NCBI GenBank assembly: GCA_035084275.1
Contig: CM068768.1
Coordinates: forward strand, 2,914,001-2,978,000
Reading direction: 5' to 3'
DNA from: Hydrolagus colliei
Taxonomy: Eukaryota
DNA: 64,000 bases
The notes below the pieces were generated by a model. The model saw only the letters and a list, made by a program, of their open reading frames with translations. It did not search any database and was not told the origin of the DNA. The stretch's first letter is position 1; the number at the start of each line of letters is the position of its first letter. The translations under genes were made by a program, and so were the position numbers. Positions 1 to 10,392 of the stretch are shown here, piece by piece.

Positions 1-172
1 TTAGAAAGCGGATGATTTACTTACGATCTACAAGCCGTCACAGTAACAATGATAGCTCACAGTGAAAACAGAAATTATGCAAATTAACTCAGAGATTGAA
101 AGATTCTATGTCTTCTAACAGACAATATTTCGAATTTGAAAGGAGAAAGTTTGCTGAAAAAAGTGCCATATT

Positions 173-204
173 TTGGTAAAATCACGTGATTATACGTCAT
201 CGCC
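173..204 (+). promoter_or_regulatory. Hox-type proximal promoter motifs (palindromic E-box) in front of the HoxB12 relic
   Basis: TTGGTAAAATCACGTGATT contains the 12-bp palindrome AATCACGTGATT (180-191), just upstream of GCCATG (ATG 205). CACGTG boxes also occur at the intact HoxB7 and HoxB5 promoters in this window. Confidence 0.45.
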
Positions 205-961
205 ATGTCAAGCATAAACTGTCTCGAATTCTCCTTCGATTGTGAACTCGGATTATAAATAACTTTATAAGATATTTTTCCATATTTTCCTAAAGATGTA
301 TTCAGTCTAGTTTTCTTTTTATCTTTTAACTGTCACATCCAACTAACTCTATGAACCGACAAGAAAACCCATGGCTTTAATGAAGTAAATTTCATTATCT
401 TTGCACTAAAGCTTTGTTTCCCCCGAAAACAAAATCCCCGAAGGACTTCTCTACCCATCAGCAAACCACCACAGAGTCAACAGCCGCCAACAACAAACGG
501 CTTCACTGGACTGTGATTGTCAGCAGAGTTACCAGGACGGTAAACATTCTCAAAGAGTGGTAAAGAGTGGCTTTCAAACGCTTTTCAGAGCGACAAATAA
601 ATCCGACAGGAGAATGCGCCCAGGGAATAAGTTTTAAGTCTGGAGCCGTTTCAAGGTTAGGAACTCCGGGGGGGAAAAACAATAGAGGAAAGGGGAAAAA
701 AACTTGAGAAGTTCAACCATTTGTGGTGTGTTGCCTCCAGGATACGCTAATAAACAGCTCAAATCACCAGCAGAGCTAGTTAATTTGCAACAAAATCTTC
801 CTTCCTTCCTTCCCTCCTTGCTTTTAAAAGAAACAGAATGTGGATTTTTGAACCAAACAATATTGACATTATCTGAAGACGTCTTGAACTTTGCAGTCAC
901 ACAAACACATCCATGATCAAGTACAATGTACAGCTAGGGATGGTTCCATCCTTCTTTGTAG
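205..961 (+). pseudogene. Putative HoxB12 pseudogene, exon 1 relic (stops and frameshifts)
   Basis: ATG at 205. In-frame D-I-F-P-Y-F-P-K at 271-294 resembles PG12 D-T-F-Y-F-P-N at nearly the same offset (66 vs 63 nt). Y..R-Q-E-N-P-W at 350-374 resembles SYPRRDN..W. LSEDVLNFAV near 870-900 and P-S-L at 950-958 resemble the HoxD12 exon 1 end. Paralog sequences are from memory. Confidence 0.55.
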
Positions 962-1064
962 GTCTTCTTTCGTAAACTTTGCCGGCTAACAAATGACAGG
1001 ATTTCATTTAAAAAAAAGCATAAATTTAATTCTGCATTAAAATAAACCATGTTCTCGGTTGCAG

Positions 1065-1329
1065 GTTTGTGAGAGGGTCTAAATATATAAAGAGGTATTT
1101 CTGTAGGCGTTCTACATGCGGTGTACACAGCAGCCAGACAGTTTATGGCCTGTCTGTGTCAATTTTATGTGAGGACAGACTGCAAGCTGACAAAAAAAAC
1201 TCTCTGCTAACAAACACCAAATCGGTAGAGAGGGGGTGGGAGAGAAATCAAGCTCTTCCGAGCCTGCACAAACAAAGGAGAAAACGACAGCAGCTTTTAA
1301 CCCGGGAATCCGAAGGTAATTGCAAGTAA
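1065..1329 (+). pseudogene. Putative HoxB12 pseudogene, exon 2 (homeobox) relic
   Basis: Acceptor TTGCAG|GT TTG TGA (cf. G|GLPW). QFMA at 1139-1150 (cf. EF[LM]). DRLQADKK at 1174-1197 (cf. DRLNLSDQQ). Ungapped HKQRRKRQQLLTRE at 1267-1308 (cf. QNRRMKKKRLLLRE), then 6 codons and a stop, the same tail length as PG12. Confidence 0.6.
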
Positions 1330-1489
1330 GTAGGTTTCCTTTCAAATAATCGCTGAGTGAAAAGAGAAAGGGCAGATACATATTCAGTGTTGTGACTGGG
1401 TGAAAATTTGCTTTCAGGTTCGAAAAATATAGCAACATAGCTGTCGGCCACTGCAATAAAATGAATCACTCTACACACAGCTATCATTC

Positions 1490-1506
1490 GTGTGTGTGTG
1501 TGTGTG
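1490..1506. repeat. (GT)n microsatellite
   Basis: Direct reading. Confidence 0.9.
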
Positions 1507-2586
1507 TCTGTAGTCTCCAACCCCCTCCCCCACCCGCGAGAAACGATCGAAGAATCTTTAGATTAACATTTCTGGAGTTGTTGATCCATCTATTTAAACG
1601 ATTAAGTATTTCATATTGTTTTTGAAATATTTCTAAACAGACGTGCTATGTGCGCAATTTAACTTCATTCTATTCACATTACTTTATATGTCACTGGGGC
1701 TGCAGTTCAGTTGAACTGTGTACCAAAGCAAAGTAAGGCCATTGTATGCTATTCAAATCAATACCAATGTATTTTGTGTGGTGTGCTACAACAGTTGAAA
1801 ACAAACTGGGCCTTAACTATTAACCTGAAAAGTAATTTTGAAATGCATTTAAGGTGCAGTATATATTAACATGCGACTTACAACACACTCTGCATTTTTT
1901 TTCAGTTTACTATTGAAAGGGTGTGCTCTATACTCCATTTTTAACAGTACAAATGGATACTAATATATTTGAAATGTTTAAACGTACGAAAAAAGTACAA
2001 AAATGTTGTTTCCGAATCTGATTTGGGAGATTCACAACACAGTCACCTCACTCGTCCCCTTCAGCCTTCAGTTAATGAAACAACTCAATGCAACAAAATC
2101 AATTCATAAAGTAAAATAATAAATACACTTGCTGATGTGTAAACATTTCAACCAATTCAATTTTGATGCTTATTTCATTTCCAATACGGTTTGTTTTTTG
2201 TGAGTTCCAACACAAGATTTTTTTTAACAAAGTTAAACCGCCACTCCGAGATTTCCCTGGTATATTGGAATGAATGTTAAGTTATTATTATTTATAGTTG
2301 AGTCATTATTACTATGTCTTCGTATATGATACGACTGGAAAATACAAATTCAAGCTTATTTAATAATACATTGTCTGTATTATTGTGCAGAACTGGGAGA
2401 AGAACTAGATAATTTGCTTCATTTAAAACATTGATTGTATTATAGACAAAATCATTATTTTGCCAAACGGTCTCTTTTCGTGTGTACACTTGCTTTTGGT
2501 GGTTGACATAAATTACTTGCACCATATACCAAAAATTAAGAGTACTTTCTGTTATTTTGGTAAAAATGAACGCAACGTTAGCGTTG

Positions 2587-2655
2587 GAAGCGCTCTGAGA
2601 CGCCATCCGGCGTGAAGGGCGCTGTATAAATCGAAGTTGTTGTTGTTGTTGTTAT
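2587..2655 (+). mobile_element. SINE/LINE-derived 3' tail fragment
   Basis: GAAGCGCTCTGAGACG...GTGAAGGGCGCTGTATAAAT followed by (GTT)n. The same tail recurs at 9817, 24905, 33139 and 50082. Confidence 0.7.
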
Positions 2656-2939
2656 TTAACCAATATTTTAAGGAATTCTGATTTCAATATATCTCTTGAT
2701 CTGTAGCACATTTTAATAATTCACTTAAGAAGTTATGGGCCGCAGCTCTGTTATTAACGATATTGGTAATATATAGGTCAAAGACAAAACCTTTTCCATT
2801 CGCCCTTAACTTTTATTTGGGGGATTGTTGGCCAGAGACCAAAATAAGCTTTTCTTCTCTATTTGAATAGTGTCATAGGGTCTAACTGAACCCCCGTCTA
2901 ACGGCGGGAGTGGGTGGGGTGGGGAGGGGGGTGGGGGGT

Positions 2940-3100
2940 GTTCAGTTTAACTTCATCCGAAGGACAGCAGTTCTAACAATTCAACACACCCCTTGCTCTG
3001 TATTGGAATGTTATGGACTCAATGATTTTCAATGCCCGACGTGGGGCTTGAACACCTAACCTCTTGACTCAGAGACGAGAATGCTTCCCACTGAGCCAGG
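2940..3100 (-). mobile_element. tRNA-derived SINE 5' portion
   Basis: The minus strand reads TGGCTCAGTGG (A box, 3088-3098) and GTTCAAGCC (B box, 3045-3053), followed by a GCTGTCCTTCGGATGA body. No full cloverleaf, so not a tRNA gene. Confidence 0.7.
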
Positions 3101-5938
3101 TGACACACCGGGTATTAGGTGAAACATTCTTTGCCAGTTCTGGGGACCACAATAGGAGGTTTTGCATACAATTCAATCTGTTAGGTTGAATTCAGCGGAT
3201 TTTTGTATTCATATGCAAGCCTTAAAATACAAATAATGACACATTCAAAAGAAGTCTAGCATCGAGTTGTGATATAGAATTAAATCAACTCATCCATGTG
3301 GATGTCCTGAAAGATGTAGGATATTACAAACTGCTTTTACAGTCTTTAGATTATTATCAATATTACAACAGTTATTAATGAAGCAACTATATTAGTTGGC
3401 CTATTATGCTGGAAATTGTAAATAAATACATAAATCACGACACACACAACGGCAATTTCCTGTGAACAACTTTGAGGGTTTGCGACGCTGAAAGCGCTGT
3501 ATCAAATTCAATGCATTTTATTATAAGGTTACTGGTCTTCTCCACAACTTCCCTTCGCCTGGTACTAACTGCACTCCATCAGTCCAACTGCCAATAAGAG
3601 GTTGCATCCGGAAGGTTATCCTTCTTCTCACTTTCACAAGCCTCGTGAACCACTGTGCATTTCCTCCACTGTCGTTTCAGCATTAATTATACAGAAAGTA
3701 ATGGTTATGGCCAGTGATAGAAAGTGGTGTTATTACGATCAATGTTAGGTCAGTTTGTCCTACCACATTGTATAGGATTGCAATAGAAATATAATTTAGT
3801 GATATATTGAAATGATCGGCAGTTTTGAACATATAAACTAACCTACGCAGTCAAACCATGGGTTTGAGTTGTTTTTATTGGAACGATTGATGTAAGAAAA
3901 TGTCCATTAAAGTGCCATCCATTTATAAATGGAAATAAGCGAACTAGTGTTTGTGCCCAATGATAATTAAATGTGGGCGCAAAGTTATTTGCTGTATGTA
4001 ATGTCTGATGTTGGATACCAATATTCTACGAACGGGTTATCGTATTGTCCAACATTCGCTTTACAAGAGTAATCCCATCGCAACGTTTGTGATGCATGCG
4101 ATTTAAGAAAACAGCCAATATTTAGATGACTATAACTTAGCAATGTGCACCGCAGCTTGAATTTGAGCAAGATTTATTAACGAAAAAGTTGTTTTTGGTA
4201 GGAAAACTAGGGCATAGTAAACGAGAAATAGGCAATTAAATGTTGTCTGTTTGACACGCAGACTCTGAAATGAAGTGGTTGTTATGTTCCGACTTAATGC
4301 ACAGCGTTGGCCAACTGAGGAAATATGTAGCTAAAGTTTACTAATTACAAATGATGCCCCGTGGAACTTGCTTTTAAATAAAGAGATTAATTGAACCAAC
4401 GTTAATTAAATTTATGAAAAAGTTCTAGTTTAATTTGCTCAGAGCGAATAAGGGAATCTGCAACTGTCGAGTGCTCCAGTTAGTGACCATAAAAAAAACT
4501 CTTTGTGTGACCATTAGATAGCGGAGGAAGACGGGCAATGTGCCATCGAGGGTTACATAAAGTTCCGGGTGCATTTTAAAGTTAAACATTCATGGAAATC
4601 TAAGCGTTTTATCACTTTTCTACATTAACATCTTTATTATGTTTGCAAAAGTGGGTACACGTACAAAAGGAACACCGAGTGACACAAACAGAGTATCAAG
4701 TTAAGGAGCATAGCAATCCGTATCGACACAACTAATAGGAATCTTAGGAATGAGTTTACAACTGCAAAAACAAATTTTAGACGAATATTTTAAGTGAGCT
4801 ATTTCTTAATTCTTAATCTTGCCCTTTATGTTTTATGTCTGGTGTAATTTATTTAAACAAACCGGGTCTTTTATAATGAGAACCGGCAGATCTGGATCAG
4901 AATCCTGGGCTTGATAAACTACAACCACCCCCCACCCCCGCCCGCGCACCAGACATTCCAGTAAATATCTTTGTTCAATAACACAAATGAAAATAACTTT
5001 GTACATATTCCTATTTACCGCAAAAACGTTTTCTTTTCATTCTAAATACCTGCAACTGAAACATGCCATCGTACAGTTTAGTACGATTTGCATGTTAGGG
5101 ATTCACTCTGGAAATAGGGGACAATGAATAACAAAAGAAACACGGTTATAGTAACTTTAGAAACTTATTTTTCGTTGAAAGTCTGAGCAAAGTCTGGCAG
5201 AACATATGCTTTTACTAAACATATAATTCTCACGAGATATATATCCCTGCACAACAACTCCTATTGTATGGAATGGAAGATATAATAAGGATAATAATCC
5301 TTGCATTTAATATAATAAAGTTGTTCCCACGAAAGAACCCGATTGTCCCGTCCTCAGAGAGCAGAGCAGTGGATATGTTTTTCCTTAAAGCTTTGACCCA
5401 TTCTTGGTTTTTTCAAATTGACGTTATGGAGCAACAAATACTTTAGGATGGATTTTGAAGAGTTACATTGACACAACTGGAGCAAATCCAATTCGTATGG
5501 TGTGCCCCTAAAACCAAATGTTTGAACTAACTAAGCAATATTAATATTTCTTTGGTAAAGTCATATCTGCGTAGCATGTCTCTCTTTGTTGTTTACATAT
5601 ACAGGAAGGAGAAGAGCCTCCCACTTGACCTTGTAAATAGATTACAAGGTTATCTTACAGATCACCAATAAACAAAGATGCAATGTAAAGCAGGACCAAC
5701 TTCAAATTGTGTCACGGATCCTTATTGCTTTCGGATCTGAGTCCACGCTTATAACAAACTGTTTGAAAGGGTTGTAACGGATTCCTTGTAGGTAGATGTT
5801 TATGACCTTGTATATTTAAAAACTGGACAGCGACAAGTCAAAATGCTATATCCTGACCGCAAGCCGCTTATCAGCGCTTCTTTTTCCTTTCTGTTCTTTT
5901 GCTGAATGTTCATTCGCTCAACCAGGTTGCCACAGATA

Positions 5939-6000
5939 CATAAGAACTTAAGAAATGCCAGACGAAAAATAACCAAGGTCCATCTCGTTCGCCTTCCACT
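5939..6000 (-). mobile_element. Degraded CR1/L2-type LINE 3' end
   Basis: CATAAGAACTTAAGAAAT...GGTCCATCT is the reverse complement of a (TTCTTATG)n-type CR1 tail and the adjacent 3' UTR. Confidence 0.45.
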
Positions 6001-6370
6001 TTTCTGGTGGTCGCATAGTGATAGGATGCTGTAGGTGACTAACATTCAATATACCGGACAAACGAAGTCTAGATTTTCCAGAAGCAGAATAGCCAAATTT
6101 CGAAGATTGTATAAATAGCAGAGTAAACAACATTATATTATTTAGGGAGGCAAATTATACATTTTGTTCAGATGCCCAAAACGAAGCACAGGCACGGAGA
6201 CAGATAGTTACCTAGAAAACCTTCCATCTGATTCACTTTTGGAAGATTTTATCTATGGTGGATTCTGGAGAAAATCCTCTCCTCATAAAAATGTGTTATT
6301 TTAAGATTGACATTCAGACTTCAGTTTCAAATTTAGAAAAATATTTTCCTTCTAGATCACTTGTATAATT

Positions 6371-7272
6371 ATGAGTTTTGTCTACTTTTTCTGATTCCGC
6401 TCATCTCTTTCTTCCGTACTTTCTTATCTTTCTTCTGCCACGGGGTCTCTGTCCTACCTCACACTCGCTCTCGCTCATTCTGAATCCTCTCCTTCTCTCA
6501 GACAAACACAGCGCCTAACCATCCCCTCTGGTCCAACAATTGCTGTCTTTGAACTTCCGTCCGGTCAAGGTTACCTTTGACCCCGAGGTCATTAGAAACA
6601 CATTCCATTCACTATACAAACTTCGAAACCTCCCCCCGGAAATGGGTCGATTTCGCAATCCGTCATCCTATATATCCCCCACCCCACCCCACCAAACCAC
6701 TGAAGATCAAGCCTTCAAACTTGGCGTGGAAAGGGCGGGGGCTTCATGGCTCACCTTAGAAGAAAGCAATTCTGTGTAGAAAATGTCTGGTTTGGGGGGC
6801 GTTTTGGGGTCTAAATGATGCAGGGAATCAATGTAACATTGCCATATTGTAGCAATAACAGGGTCCAGCCGTTGTCATGGACACCGTTATATATCACCTA
6901 TCCTTAATAAGATTTAATGGCTGGTGTTTTGAGGCGGGCGATTGGCATTAATCCAATTTCGACCAATTAGATAGAAATTTCATGTAACCCATGATTTCAC
7001 ACAAACATTCAAAGGGTGACAACGACCTCCGGGGAAACAAACATGACATTTTGATGCCAAACAGTAACAGGGCAATCTACATAATCCGCAGGATGGCGCA
7101 ATCAACGTCCACTCATAATCGCAGTAAAATTGTGCAGAGTGTTATAAAATCCCCCAACGCATATCTACACACAGGGAGGAAGGGAAGGAACAGAGGTGCG
7201 GAAGGCATGGTCACTGTGAGACGCACAACACACACAAGACACGCTCTCCTCAACACACTAACAAGCCGGCAG
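6371..7272 (+). pseudogene. Putative HoxB11 pseudogene, exon 1 relic
   Basis: Ordered PG11-like motifs: SFSQT and WSN (6490-6537). In ORF 6540-6779: RPVKVTFD (cf. QPVREVTFR[DE]), RNTFHSLY (cf. HoxC11 RNSYSSCY), LPP, PTP and QAFKLGVERA (cf. QAFDQFFETA). Ends at a strong donor GCAG|GTAAGC (GT 7273). The 5' boundary is uncertain. Confidence 0.6.
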
Positions 7273-8043
7273 GTAAGCGAGTTTGGCCTGTACACTTTCA
7301 AATACTGCCGTTCTCTCAAAGGAAGAATTCAATCGTGTGTGTTTTTGTTTTACTTGATTGAAGTTTTCTTATCTTAACTCATGGCGAAAGTTTATTACGA
7401 TCACAGAGGAAACCCTGGGGAAAAACGAAGTTCGGGGTTTTAAAAAAAAGTGGATCCAATCTCTGTCAGTTTGAAACCTCGCTTTTTGATTTGCAGAATT
7501 AGCGGCGAAGGAAGTTTGGTTCGCTTCATATTTTTCTTGTGATTTAGGTATTTCGTTTCACTGTCCCGCATTAGATAGAACTGCATGTAGTATATGAATG
7601 AATGTATATTTGCCTCAGTCTAATGAAACGTGGTATTATGTTGTCGTTATTGTTCAGCTTTTCTCTCCAGACATATAACTTTGACTGTATAGCTAATTGT
7701 GAGCATCAGCATATCACATACCCTTTCCACAAACTAACTATTTACTTTTTTTTGTTTGGATACATACATACCGTTAGTTACGTTCGCGATTGAACATATT
7801 TAAATGTCATAATTTTGAGAATTATCTCTATTAAATGTGGATGCATTCTGTGTGTTTTTATTAAGTAATGCAGTTGTAGAAAAAATAATTTAGGTTGTTT
7901 TCCTGCCGCTTATAGTGCTGAATTGTTTATTTCAATTTCCCCAAATGTATTTTATTCTTGGTTCCATAACCAATTACGTGGGAGCTACTTATCAACGTCT
8001 ACAGGAAGGCCTACATTCTATTTCGTGTTTTCTCTTCTAACAG

Positions 8044-8330
8044 CAATATCTTGAGAAATGCCATTGACTTTGGAAATTCTGGCTCTTTGTGGAATTATAA
8101 ATACTTCACATCGAAAATTGGTGTATGTTTGAATAAATGTAAAATGCGGTTCTTCAGTAATGGTATTGACTCTTTTCTGTTGTTGTTTGTTTGGTTGATC
8201 TCAAGCTTAAAGGAACAGGAAGGCAAAGCGGAGAGTTGAGATCAGCTAATTGGAAAGGCAGTAAAGAATGAAAGACAGTTTAATGCACAGACTGGCATTC
8301 AGTCTCTTTACAGACCTGTCTGGACTGTAA
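8044..8330 (+). pseudogene. Putative HoxB11 pseudogene, exon 2 (homeobox) relic
   Basis: Strong acceptor TTTTCTCTTCTAACAG| (8043). AAATAC-tt-CAC-ATC-GA-AAA-TTG-G at 8099-8121 resembles the codons for the PG11-diagnostic KYQIREL. FFSNGID at 8150-8170 (cf. FFFNVYIN). TGG...AGA ATG AAA GA at 8251-8275 (W...RMKE). GAC TGG..CAG..F-T-x-x-x-x-L-stop at 8290-8330 (cf. DRLQYFTGNPLL-stop). Confidence 0.65.
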
Positions 8331-8850
8331 CTCAAAACTATATGAAAGCCAACGTCTATCACTGCCACTTAGATAGCACAACTTCATTAATGATCAAACA
8401 CTGCTCAGGAAATATTTCAACTCAGAGAAGTTAAAACGCAACTTGTTTGTATTTTCCTCTTCAAATATACACGATGGCAATCTCTTTAGCAGCGTGCCTC
8501 GGTTTGTAAAATGATGTTAAAGTTTGGGATAAACCTGTGTGAAAATGAAAAGATGCTCATTGAGAATTTTCCTTTTGAAAACAGTATCGTTTCGACCATC
8601 AACTAATAATAGGATGTTCGTTGTTTGATCGTATATGATGCAAATCATGAATGCCTAAATTCGTCAAAATATCTAGATTAAAGTAACATTCTAAATTGCA
8701 TTATCCGCAGTAAATAACATTTTGCTGTTAACAAATGATAATGTTTTAAAAATATCAAATGGGTAAAAAGTAACTCGTCAGCCTTGGATCTAACCTGAAA
8801 GCAGTCACAATTCAAGTCCATGGTACCCATCTCTCAGTTTGTGAGGCAAC

Positions 8851-8884
8851 AGTGACATCAAGTGGTCATTGTGGATGACTGCAG
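8851..8884 (-). promoter_or_regulatory. Candidate CTCF site with upstream module
   Basis: The minus strand reads CTGCAGTCATCCACAATGACCACTTGATGTCACT: a TGCAGT upstream module at normal spacing and a core with 2 mismatches to CCACTAGATGGCA. Confidence 0.5.
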
Positions 8885-9816
8885 TCTCTGTTTGCAGACA
8901 TTGAGTCAGCTTTGTGTCATGCAATGTAAGAAATAGAAAAGATTATTTTATGTACATTCAAGTATAATTTTAGTTCTTTTTTCAGTAGAAGTAAAGAAAA
9001 ACCAGAAGAATGTCCTTTGTGTATAATACATTTACTCTGTTTATTTATTTATTTGAAATATTCATTACACACGCTCTTTCCATACGTGCAGAAAATTCCT
9101 ATGACATAATGAAATAGCGGTTAATGAGCATTTATACAATAATCTTAAGAACAATTGCAGAATTTTCCAATTTTCCAACTATTTTCTCAGCATATCAACA
9201 GAGGCAAGGATACGTCTGTGCTTTATTCGAGTTATTGAGAATAGACTTTTTGTGTTATTTTAAATCGTTTTATCCAAAGGCTTAGTTACATCTCAAAGTG
9301 TTTTATTAAAGTAGATGTTTTGATTTACAGAAACCAGCCAACTCACGTAAAGGCGCCATTTCAAATTCACGTTGCCAATTCTGGTCTTTGTGCGTAATTA
9401 TTGACTGAGGATTATATTTCGGGAACTGTGTGATTTATAAGTCATTTACAAACATACATTTTTATCTAAAACGCGATCCTGATGTGAACCCAATCATCGA
9501 ATGTCGAAATTATTAGAATATTAACGAATAATTATAGATAATAATTAGATAAAACATGTCTTTGCCTTTGTTTTCAGAGAGCATATGATTCTTCGATAGG
9601 ATTCATTGATATGTCGATCATAAAGCGATATATTTGATTTTACACTTAATTGCGGTTTCATTTTCTTTTCGCTCCCCAACTCAGACCCAGCATTAACACT
9701 ATATTTAAGTAGGTCACTGTGATCAACTCAGGCCTATCCCAAGTAAGATGGCAGACGAACTGACGCGAACAATTCTTTTCAACGTCAACTAAAATATAAA
9801 CCTGGACAGTATATTC

Positions 9817-9885
9817 TGTGAAGCGCTTTGAGACGTGTAGAAGACGTCAAGGATTCAAGAATTAAATTTAAGGATTGTTATTATT
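9817..9885 (+). mobile_element. SINE 3' tail fragment
   Basis: TGTGAAGCGCTTTGAGACGT...AAGGATTGTTATTATT, similar to the minus-strand copy at 24905-24975. Confidence 0.6.
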
Positions 9886-10151
9886 CTTGATGGAGAAAAA
9901 ATGAATAATATTAAACGGGCAGAAAAATAATATTAATTTAAATCAATTTTAAATATATTGAATGTTATTAATAACGATATAAACCGCTGATTGTTTGATT
10001 TCAATGAAATTGAAGAATGATTATTATTATTTATTATTATTTTCTGCCCACTACCTTTCTTATCTATCTTTTGACTACATTGTTCGTTGAATTAACCTCA
10101 GTCGTATTGTGGCGTTCGATTTTTCTTCAATTCAAGCAAAATAATTATAAA

Positions 10152-10392
10152 TTTTTTCACTCAGCGAGTTGTTCGAACTGGAATGCATTGCCTGAAAAGG
10201 TGGTGGAGGCTGATTCGATAACAACTTTTAAAAGGGAATTAGATCTTTATTTAGGGAGAACGGGTCTATTAGGCTATGGGGAGCGGGCAGGGCAGTGGGA
10301 TTGAATCGCTCTTTTCAAAGAGCCGGCACAGACTAGATGGGCCGAATGGCCTCCTTTTGTGCCGTAAAATTCTATGATTCTATGATTCTATG
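10152..10392 (+). mobile_element. 5'-truncated CR1-clade LINE (ORF2 C-terminus, 3' UTR and tail)
   Basis: Encodes FFTQRVVR/WNALPEKVVEADSITTFKRELDLYL with a 1-nt frameshift. The 3' UTR contains GATGGGCCGAATGGCCTCCT and ends in (ATTCTATG)x3. Confidence 0.9.

Noticed and set aside
719-820. ICGVLPPGYA...LVNLQ, resembling the PG12 N-terminus (LLNPGYVG.LVNLQ)
   Set aside because: A better-spaced N-terminus begins at 205 and this position falls late in the exon, so I did not use it as the start. It may be chance or a local duplication.
1112-1456. Minus-strand ORF containing NMYLP, a PG11 N-terminal motif
   Set aside because: Wrong strand and position, with no flanking similarity; a chance 5-mer.
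5448-5471. ATGGATTTTGAAGAG (MDFEE), like the HoxA11 start
   Set aside because: It stops after 7 codons, lies upstream of the promoter-like blocks and is not followed by any PG11 similarity.
5747-5863. QRQVKM..DRK, resembling homeodomain helix 3
   Set aside because: No WFQN and little upstream similarity. The stretch fits decayed CR1 reverse transcriptase (YDLVYL) at least as well.
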